From the NCBI GenBank assembly GCA_035280205.1, contig DATEGI010000046.1, positions 4,698 through 68,697 on the forward strand: 64,000 nucleotides of DNA, read 5' to 3'. Shown in pieces: positions 56,405 through 64,000 of this stretch. Each line of letters opens with the position of its first letter. Positions within the stretch are counted from its first letter, which is position 1. Both the position numbers and the translations under genes were made by a program. The DNA is from Terriglobales bacterium. GTDB taxonomy: Bacteria > Acidobacteriota > Terriglobia > Terriglobales > Acidobacteriaceae. The notes under the pieces were generated by a model, which saw nothing but the letters and a program-made list of their open reading frames with translations, made no database searches and was not told where the DNA came from.

Positions 56405-58843
56405 CTATCGCGGCAGGTGCATGCGGCGCACGAGGTCCTGGAAGCGGGGATCGGAACGCAGGCCATCCCAATCCCTGGCCACCGCCAAATGTATTAAAGG
56501 GCTCTCTCTCGCAGCGTAAGCTTTTTCCAGCCAATATAGGGTACGTTCGTTCTCTCCGGCGTGAGCATACAGACGCGCAATGCGCACGGCGGGAACATGA
56601 GTCCGCGCCGTGCGCCCGGCCAGCGTGTCAGCCGCGCGCTTCATAGCCCGGCGGTAGCCGGCTTCGCGGTAGCCCTCCCGCAGAGCCCCTGCCACTTCCT
56701 GATCGCCAAGCGCCAAGAAGAATTGCTCCGCTTCCTGCTCCGCTTCCTGGTTCATCCCCTTTTGGTGGAACGCAGCCCATATACCCAGGTGGGCAGAGGA
56801 ATAATTCGGTTCTGCAGCCAAAACTTTCTGCAGTCGCTCAACGGCTTCGTCGTAGCGGCCCACGTAAACCAGGTGCCAGCCATAGAAACACTGGAAGAAA
56901 TAGCTCATGGGGTCCAATTCCAGCGCAATATGGATTTCTCGTTCCCAATCTCTCTGTCGCAACCGGGAGATGAGAAAGTCGGAGTACATGAAGTGTGCGT
57001 TTGCGTGGCTGGGGTTCAGCTGAATTGCCCGCTGGAATTCTCTTTCTGCCGCGGGGTAATCACTTTCCAGATTCGCAAGGCTGACGTGAGCATCGGCGAG
57101 GGTGTCGTCCAGTTCGAGGGCCTTCTCCGCAGCAGCCTTGGCTTTAGCCATGGTTTCCTGGGGAGACAGGAAGCCGGCATCGCTTCGCGACAACCACACG
57201 TCCGCCAGACCCGCATACGCCAGGGCATAGTTCGGATCCTTGCTTAGGGCAAGTTCAAAATACCGCTCGGCATTGTCTAATTCTTCCTTCGACAGCTTGT
57301 ACCAGTGGAACCGCCCTTTGAGATAGGCCTCGTAAGCCTCAGGGTTCACTTGCCGGGCGCTGGCCAGGCGTTTCGTCTCTTCGGGCGTCAACGCAACTCG
57401 GATCTCGCGGGCCACGCTGCTCGCCACCTCGCTCTGCAAGGCCAGCACATCCTGCAAATCGCGCTCGTAGGTCTCCGCCCACAGATTCGTGTCCGTCGCC
57501 GCGCTGATCAGTTGCGCCGTCACCATCACTCGCCCGCCGGAGCGTTGTACCGAGCCTTCCAGAATGCCCTCTACGCCTAGTTCGCGAGCAATCTGCGGCA
57601 GCGGCTTGTTCACTCCCTTGTACTGCATTACCGACGTGCGCGAGATCACCTTCAAGGCCCGGATCTTCGATACACTTGTGATCAGCGACTCGGTCATGCC
57701 ATCGGCAAAATAGTCCTGGCTGGAATCCCCGGACAGATTGGCCAGCGGCAATACGGCAAGCGAACGAATCTGAGGAGGCCCCGAAGCGGGCCACAGGCGG
57801 TCATGCAGGCCGCGCCAATTCCAAAGCAAAACGCCGGCGACGATCAGAATTCCTGCCACGGTGATGGCCGCCATCAGCTGCCGTCTCTGGCGGCGGGGCA
57901 AGGTTGCCTGCGGACTGGCGGCAAACCCCGCACTGGAGGGCATCGCCAGGCGACGCAAATCTATGGCCAATTCACGCGCGGTTTGATACCGGTTCCCCGG
58001 CTCTTTTTCCAGGCACTTTCCGATAATCCGCTCCAGCTCCACAGAAATTCTGGGATTCTGCATCGTGAGCGGCACGGTGGGGAGGCGGAGAATGGCGCCG
58101 ATTAACTGCGAAGGGGCGACGCTGGCAAATGGCCGCTGCCCGGTAGCCATTTCGTAAAGCACAAGGCCGACGGCATGAATATCCGTTCTCTCGTCGGCCT
58201 CTTCTCCCAGTAACTGCTCGGGCGCCATGTAGGGCAGAGTTCCGATGATGCCTTGCGCCTCACTCAAGGTCTCTGTTACCGCAGTCGGTGTGAGCGGGCG
58301 CCGCAACTTCGCTAGCCCGAAGTCCAGGATCTTCAGGCGTCCATCGTCGGTCAGCCGGAGATTGCCGGGCTTCAGGTCGCGGTGTATCACCCCATGTTCA
58401 TGGGCGGCAACCAATCCTTCGGCCAGCTGCAATCCCAGACGAAGAATTTCGGTTTCCGCTAGCGGCCCCTTCGCCAGTTGGTCGCTGAGCGCCGAACCGG
58501 CAATATATTCCATCACCAGGAAGTCCACGCCCTGCTGGGTGTCGAAGTCATAAATGGTGGCGATGTTGGGGTGGTTCAGCTTGGATAGCGCTATGGCCTC
58601 TTTGTGGAAGCGCTTGCGGGCGAGTTCGTCAGTCAGGACTCCGGGAGGCAGAATCTTGATGGCCACGTCCCGGTCGAGGTGCTCGTCGCGGGCGCGATAA
58701 ACTTCGCCCATTCCGCCGGCGCCAATTTTCTCCAGGACTTGATAATGCCCCAGCGTTACTCCAGGACCGCACTCTCCCTTTGCCTGCAAAACGCTCATGA
58801 GAGCGGGCCTCCCAGGACTTGGAGTCCCTGCGATTCCAGACAA
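56405..58843 (-). CDS. Ser/Thr protein kinase with TM segment, TolB-N-like region and TPR repeats (about 800 aa)
   Basis: GAGGMGEVYRA, HRDLKPGN, DFGLAK, APEQ motifs. C-terminal TPRs. Start is either 58843 or ATG 58798. Confidence 0.9.
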   Translation of the reverse strand: MSGIAGTPSPGRPALMSVLQAKGECGPGVTLGHYQVLEKIGAGGMGEVYRARDEHLDRDVAIKILPPGVLTDELARKRFHKEAIALSKLNHPNIATIYDFDTQQGVDFLVMEYIAGSALSDQLAKGPLAETEILRLGLQLAEGLVAAHEHGVIHRDLKPGNLRLTDDGRLKILDFGLAKLRRPLTPTAVTETLSEAQGIIGTLPYMAPEQLLGEEADERTDIHAVGLVLYEMATGQRPFASVAPSQLIGAILRLPTVPLTMQNPRISVELERIIGKCLEKEPGNRYQTARELAIDLRRLAMPSSAGFAASPQATLPRRQRRQLMAAITVAGILIVAGVLLWNWRGLHDRLWPASGPPQIRSLAVLPLANLSGDSSQDYFADGMTESLITSVSKIRALKVISRTSVMQYKGVNKPLPQIARELGVEGILEGSVQRSGGRVMVTAQLISAATDTNLWAETYERDLQDVLALQSEVASSVAREIRVALTPEETKRLASARQVNPEAYEAYLKGRFHWYKLSKEELDNAERYFELALSKDPNYALAYAGLADVWLSRSDAGFLSPQETMAKAKAAAEKALELDDTLADAHVSLANLESDYPAAEREFQRAIQLNPSHANAHFMYSDFLISRLRQRDWEREIHIALELDPMSYFFQCFYGWHLVYVGRYDEAVERLQKVLAAEPNYSSAHLGIWAAFHQKGMNQEAEQEAEQFFLALGDQEVAGALREGYREAGYRRAMKRAADTLAGRTARTHVPAVRIARLYAHAGENERTLYWLEKAYAARESPLIHLAVARDWDGLRSDPRFQDLVRRMHLPR

Positions 58844-58953
58844 GCATTAACAGCGTGATTTGTCAGTGATGCTACGCACAAAGGAAAGGTAGTGGCTAAC
58901 CTCCGGCGAGTGCCCCACTCAAGCCTTCCTTTGGCTTAAGTGAGAACAAGAGG

Positions 58954-61900
58954 TTAACTCCCGCGCGTGGTTGCCTTTTCGGCTTTGAGCTGGCGGGTAA
59001 GGATGCGCACAATCATGCCGTCGAACTGGGTGCCGCTCAGGGCTTCCAACTCGGACATGGCGGCCTCAGGCGTGCGCACGGCGGCGAAGGGGCGCTCGGT
59101 GGTCATGTTGACATAGGCATCGGCCACGTGCAGGATGCGCGCGCCCAGCGGGATTTCCTCCCCGCGCAGCCCGGCGGGATAGCCGCTGCCGTCGAAGTTT
59201 TCGTGATGGTGCTCCACCCACTCCCGCAGACGACGGCTGCCGGGAATGGTGGCCAGAATTTCCCCGCCTACCTTGGGATGCATTTTCACCAGGTAGTACT
59301 CGTCTTCGGTGAGCGCCCCCGGCTTATTCAGGATTTTTTCGGGAAGGAAAATCTTGCCCACATCGTGTACCCGCCCGGCGTAAACCAGGTCGGCCAGTTC
59401 GTCGGCTTCCATGCCCAGCGCGCGCCCCACCATGCGCGCATGTTTGGCTACCGCCTCGCCGTGGCTGGCGGCGTGCACTTCGCGAGTTTCGGCGGCGCGG
59501 CACAGAACTTCAATTGCTTCCTTCAGCACTTCCGGATGGCACTCGCCTTCCGGCCCGCAGAATTTCTTTAGCGTGACCACCAGTTCCTCGGCGTATTCCG
59601 GACCGGTGTGCTCCCGCTGCAGGAAGCCCTCTATGTAGCCGGCAATAAGCTGCCGCTGCACCGCCAAAGTCTCACCCTCGGCGTATTCCTCCGCCGCGGA
59701 CACGCGATTGCCGCCCGCGTGCTTGGAAACGTACATGCCCGAATCGGCCACGCGCAGGCAATCTTCCGCGGTGGAGCCGTGCAGCGGAAAACTGGCCACG
59801 CCGAAGCTGCCCGTGATCTGGCGCTCGCTGAGCATGGGATCGGTGGCTATCCACAGCCGCAGGCGCTCGGAGAGAATCTGCGCCTGCTCCACCCCGGTTT
59901 CCGGCATGAGGATTACAAACTCGTCGCCGCCATAGCGCGCCACCACGTTTGACTGCCGGCATTTCTGCTCCAGCAGTCTTCCCACACGGGCCAGCACCAG
60001 GTCGCCTTCCAGGTGGCCCATGCTGTCGTTCACTTCCTTGAACTTGTCCAGGTCAATCATGACCACAGAAAATGGTCGGCCGGAACGCGAGGCGCGCCGC
60101 CACTCGCCGGTCAGCGCCTCCCAGAAGAAGCGCCGCGTTTTGATGCCAGTCAGGCTGTCGGTAATGGATTGCTGCTGCAGTTTCTGGAACACAAACGCGT
60201 TGTGCAGCGCTGTGGCCAGCAGGTCGGCCAGCGTGTTCATAATAAGCACGTCCTGCGCGCTGAACGCGTTTTCCCGCTGGCTCTCCACGTTGAGCACGCC
60301 CAGCATGCTGTCGCCGTAGGTAATGGGCAGGCAGAGCACGGAGCGCGATTCGCGCAGAATGCCCAGCAGGCGGCCATCGTCGGTGTTCTGCACCAGCGCC
60401 GTTTCGTTGCTGCGCGCCACCCGCCCCACTATGCCCACGCCCAGGGGAATGCGCTTGCCCAGCGCCTTGGCCGTAGTGCCCGCCTCCGCCTTGATCTCGA
60501 TGTCCTTGGTGGCGTAGTCCAGAATGCCGATGCCGATATGGTCGAACTGAAAGTTCTTCTGGATTTCCGCTACGATTTCCGCCAGCATCTGCTGCGCGTC
60601 TTCGCTGGAAATTGCCGTTTTAGAAACGCTGTTCAGGAAGGAAAGATGCCGCGCCCGCTCCTGCTGGTCGGCAAATAGGCGTGCGTTCTCCACCGCCACT
60701 GCCACCTGGCCGGCCACCGTGCGCAGCAAGTCCAGGTCGCGCTGTTCATAAGCGAATTCGCGTTCCACGTTCATGGCCGCCATGGCGCCCGCCGGTTTGC
60801 CGTTCAGGAAAATGGGGACTCCAGCAAAGCACTTGGCCGGACGCCCCGGCACAAAGCGCGCTCCGATGCGTTCCCTCGTCTTATCCATCTCCGAGCGCAC
60901 CAGCAGCGGATGGCCGGTGCGGATGATGTACTCGGTGATGCCGTTGGCCACCTTGCGCGAGCGCTTGTGCTGCAGGTGGCCGTCGGTGAATTCCAGTTCG
61001 AAACAAATCTCGTCGCCTTCCTGGAAGGCAATGTAGAAATGGCTGGTATCGAAAAGCTGGCCCAGTTCCTTCTGCACCGTCAGCAGGATCTCGTCTTTGT
61101 CCAGGCGCGAGCTGATGGCCTTGCCGATCTCGGTCAGCAGTTCGTATTCCTTGCTGCGCCGGTGCGCTTCATGCATGACCACGTAATTCTCCAGGGTCAT
61201 GCCGATCTGCAGGGCTACGCCCAGCAGCAAGCGGGTTTGCGAAGAACTGCACAGGCGCTTGCCGGTGTGGGGAAATACGATGACCCCGAAAGTGTTTTCC
61301 CGGGTTTGCAGGTTGAGCGCGGTCAGGTTGCGAATGCCTTCCCGCACTAGCGCGTTCTGCAGATGCTTCAGTTGGCCGCCGCCCGCCGGCGCCACCGGTT
61401 CGGTCCCCTGGGCCAGGGTGAGCAGGGTGGCGATACCGCCTCCCCGATAGGCCAGTTCGCTTAGGTATTCGCTGGCACACAATTCTTCCAGTTGGCGTAG
61501 GAACTCTTTGCTCAAGCCGCACTGCGCCGAAGGCAGCACCCCCCGCCAGCGCTCGTTGATCAGCAGGGAGGCTTGCGACGCCGGCACCAGCCGTGCCAGC
61601 CGGCTCAGAATCTTCTCCATCCCGGGGCGCAGTTCATCCGGCGAAAGCAGCGTCCTGGTGTCTACTTCCAGGGTGGAGAAGGCGAGCGCGTTCTCCTGCA
61701 CCGCCCGCCGATCGTTTTCGAACAGCACCATCAGCATGCCGATGCCCAGCAGCATCTGTGGCACCGGGCCCAGGAAATGTCCGAAGCGCCCGAACAGTTC
61801 TTCAAAGCGGTAATGAAACTGGCGGAAGCTCAGCAGCACCGCCCACAGAATCAGCGCCACCGAGAGCAGGCGATAGCCAAGGGAATCACGCTGCCGGCCG

Positions 61901-62352
61901 TAGCGGTAAAAACGCAGGGCGCAGAACAGCAGCACCGCCGCAATGCCCACCTCCAGCCGCAGGTGAGGGTACGGCTCCATGTCCAGGCGGAAGACGCCTG
62001 CCCGGTAGCGGGAGACCAGTCCCCACACGGCGAGCGCTACCAAACCTCCCGCCAACATGTAGTCGGAGCGCACGAAGCGGAACTTCTCCTCCATCAGCCG
62101 GGTGGAAATCAGGATGGCCATGGCCATGGCCACCAGCAGCAGGTCGGAGAGCAAGTAAACCGCTGCCGAGGGCCGGGCGGCGTAGTAATCCATCGCTACC
62201 AGAGCGTAGTAGGCGCAGTAGGCTCCCCAGCCGATTTGCCAGGCGCGGAAGTAAGCTTGCCGGCTTTGCTGGTAAAGGTAGGTAAAAACAAGGAACAGCA
62301 GCAGGGCGACCACGCCCGGGACGATGACGATGCCGGCCAGTATCCTCTCCAT
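58954..62352 (-). CDS. Membrane-bound multi-GAF diguanylate cyclase (GGDEF) fused to an HD-GYP phosphodiesterase domain (1132 aa)
   Basis: N-terminal polytopic region and GAF repeats. RYGGDEF active site. HDVGK ... HHENFDGSGYP HD-GYP motifs. Confidence 0.92.
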   Translation of the reverse strand: MERILAGIVIVPGVVALLLFLVFTYLYQQSRQAYFRAWQIGWGAYCAYYALVAMDYYAARPSAAVYLLSDLLLVAMAMAILISTRLMEEKFRFVRSDYMLAGGLVALAVWGLVSRYRAGVFRLDMEPYPHLRLEVGIAAVLLFCALRFYRYGRQRDSLGYRLLSVALILWAVLLSFRQFHYRFEELFGRFGHFLGPVPQMLLGIGMLMVLFENDRRAVQENALAFSTLEVDTRTLLSPDELRPGMEKILSRLARLVPASQASLLINERWRGVLPSAQCGLSKEFLRQLEELCASEYLSELAYRGGGIATLLTLAQGTEPVAPAGGGQLKHLQNALVREGIRNLTALNLQTRENTFGVIVFPHTGKRLCSSSQTRLLLGVALQIGMTLENYVVMHEAHRRSKEYELLTEIGKAISSRLDKDEILLTVQKELGQLFDTSHFYIAFQEGDEICFELEFTDGHLQHKRSRKVANGITEYIIRTGHPLLVRSEMDKTRERIGARFVPGRPAKCFAGVPIFLNGKPAGAMAAMNVEREFAYEQRDLDLLRTVAGQVAVAVENARLFADQQERARHLSFLNSVSKTAISSEDAQQMLAEIVAEIQKNFQFDHIGIGILDYATKDIEIKAEAGTTAKALGKRIPLGVGIVGRVARSNETALVQNTDDGRLLGILRESRSVLCLPITYGDSMLGVLNVESQRENAFSAQDVLIMNTLADLLATALHNAFVFQKLQQQSITDSLTGIKTRRFFWEALTGEWRRASRSGRPFSVVMIDLDKFKEVNDSMGHLEGDLVLARVGRLLEQKCRQSNVVARYGGDEFVILMPETGVEQAQILSERLRLWIATDPMLSERQITGSFGVASFPLHGSTAEDCLRVADSGMYVSKHAGGNRVSAAEEYAEGETLAVQRQLIAGYIEGFLQREHTGPEYAEELVVTLKKFCGPEGECHPEVLKEAIEVLCRAAETREVHAASHGEAVAKHARMVGRALGMEADELADLVYAGRVHDVGKIFLPEKILNKPGALTEDEYYLVKMHPKVGGEILATIPGSRRLREWVEHHHENFDGSGYPAGLRGEEIPLGARILHVADAYVNMTTERPFAAVRTPEAAMSELEALSGTQFDGMIVRILTRQLKAEKATTRGS

Positions 62353-62818
62353 GCGTCTCCGGGTGGTGCCTCCAGTCGCGCTGGCGACAGGAATGCTTCC
62401 CTAAGCTTAGCGGTTCCCCCTGCCAGGGGCAAACGGGAAATACGCCTTTGATATCATTGGATAAGCCTTGGATAGCTCCGCCAAGTTGCTGAACTGCAAC
62501 CGATTAGATGACGGCTCAGATCAGCGTGACAGTTACCAGAGATGTAGCACGCCGGTTCGGTTTGGTAACCATTCCTGCCCGCCGGAAGAATTGTAAAGTC
62601 TCCGCCTGTCCCCGGGAATTGAGCTACAATCCGCTCGCCTGTCGCAACAAAACAGGCAATACAGCTTGTGAGTGGAAATGGACCGCGGCACCATAATCCC
62701 GCTGGTTCTGCAGCCTGCTGCAACCTTTCTTGCTCTCCTCGTTCGGGCTCTGTCGTGCACGCTGCATTGCTCTTCGCTGCCGCCGCTACCATCTTTCGAC
62801 TGTGAATAGGGAGCTCTT

Positions 62819-64000
62819 ATGCCGCGCAACGTCGTCCATGGAATCTGTGCCTTCGCCGCTCTTTTAGCCATGCTTGCGTCCCAGAACGGTGGTCTGGCGC
62901 AACAGTCCTCATCTGACGCTCAGGTGCCTGCGCCCACCATCCGCATCACCACTCATATGGTGCTGGTGGATGTGGTCGTAACCGATAAGCAAGGCAAGCC
63001 CGTTCCAGGCCTGAAGCCTGAAGATTTCACGTTGGAGGAGAATGGCAAGGCGCAGAAAATCTCCACCTTTGTCACCCCCGAGCAGAATCAACCGTCGGCT
63101 CCTGGTCCCGCGCTCCCACCGGGGATTTACTCCAATCGCGCCCAATATCGCTCGCCCGGAGGGCCTATTACGGTTCTGCTGCTGGATGCTACCAATACCC
63201 AGTTCAAAGATCAGGCTTATGCTCGCCGGCAAATGCTCCGGTTTGTGCGCGAACAATACAAACCGGGCCAGCGCATGGCCGTGTTTACCTTGACCGACTC
63301 TCTGCATGTGCTGCAGGACTTCACTACCGACCCGCAGCTCCTGTTCTCCGCGCTGCAGGGCTACGTCCCGCAGGAGAGGCCTTTTGCCCCGGCCGTGCAA
63401 CCAACTAGCTCGGTTACGACTGGTACTCCTACTCCATCCAGCACTGTGACCTCATTGGACACCAGCACCCCGCCCACCAACGAAACCGCCACCTCAGCCA
63501 CCAACGCTCGCGGCCTGCCGATTTTCATGGCGGCCGGCATCCAGAACTTTGCCGATGCTGCGGTCAGCTATGACCTGGAACGCAGGACCGATATTACCTT
63601 TGAAGCCTTGGACACGCTGGCGCGCGCTCTGGGAGGCTTGCCCGGCCGCAAGAACGTGATCTGGGTGACCGGCGACTTGCCCTTTACGCTCAATCCGGAA
63701 AACCGCATTATGACCGACACGGAACTTTCCGAGACTCTGCCCAGCTTCAATACACGGCGGGTAGACGAGCACTCTTCCGGCGATTATGCTGCCACCGCCC
63801 GTCGTGCCGGCGCCGAGCAGATTCGCGATGCCGACGCCCGCCTCGCCGCCGCCCAGATCGCCATTTATCCCGTGGACGCACGCGGCCTCTCCATTTCCCT
63901 CGATCAGGATGCCCAGGAGGTTATGCGGGAAATGGCCCGCGACACCGGCGGCCGCGCTTACGTAAACCAAAACGAAATCAAGCAAGGCGTGGAGCGCGCC
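62819..64000 (+). CDS. VWFA-related acidobacterial-domain protein (TIGR03436-like), 5' partial, runs off the window
   Basis: Not in the ORF track because there is no stop in the window; translated by hand without stops from ATG 62819. Signal peptide, then IRITTHMVLVDVVVTDKQGKPVPGLKPEDFTLEENGK... Confidence 0.85.
   Translation, partial: MPRNVVHGICAFAALLAMLASQNGGLAQQSSSDAQVPAPTIRITTHMVLVDVVVTDKQGKPVPGLKPEDFTLEENGKAQKISTFVTPEQNQPSAPGPALPPGIYSNRAQYRSPGGPITVLLLDATNTQFKDQAYARRQMLRFVREQYKPGQRMAVFTLTDSLHVLQDFTTDPQLLFSALQGYVPQERPFAPAVQPTSSVTTGTPTPSSTVTSLDTSTPPTNETATSATNARGLPIFMAAGIQNFADAAVSYDLERRTDITFEALDTLARALGGLPGRKNVIWVTGDLPFTLNPENRIMTDTELSETLPSFNTRRVDEHSSGDYAATARRAGAEQIRDADARLAAAQIAIYPVDARGLSISLDQDAQEVMREMARDTGGRAYVNQNEIKQGVERA

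Overview
High-GC (roughly 60% by eye) bacterial chromosomal segment. It is most consistent with Acidobacteriota (Terriglobia-like), based on a CarboxypepD_reg-type giant TonB-dependent receptor, a VWFA-related 'acidobacterial' domain protein, two Ser/Thr kinases with TPR tails, and many GC-rich REP-like intergenic elements. I call about 49 protein-coding genes, mostly housekeeping, transport and signalling. They include: pruA, a GH16 lipoprotein, a TonB receptor, a TolC-MFP-RND efflux operon followed by a LolA-like gene, sucA, several histidine kinases, osmC, msrB, tdh and kbl, a Tat-exported PaoABC-like molybdoenzyme with a translationally coupled Cys-rich miniprotein, a CoA-transferase plus 2-oxoacid:ferredoxin oxidoreductase operon, a GGDEF/HD-GYP protein and a PilZ protein. 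I found no rRNA, tRNA, CRISPR, transposase, integrase, phage gene or recognisable defence system. Two things stand out. (1) The non-coding space holds a large family of hairpin elements whose arms are degenerate 7-nt tandem 'words'. These sit after genes and also inside three operons, alongside at least three other REP-like repeat families. (2) A three-gene minus-strand cluster (53.1-56.3 kb) contains a glutathionylspermidine-synthase-like ATP-grasp ligase interrupted by a frameshift. A translationally coupled unknown protein ending in Gly-Gly and a PLP aminotransferase follow it. Function calls come from motif recognition by eye and memory of protein families, with no database search. Start codons are often uncertain.
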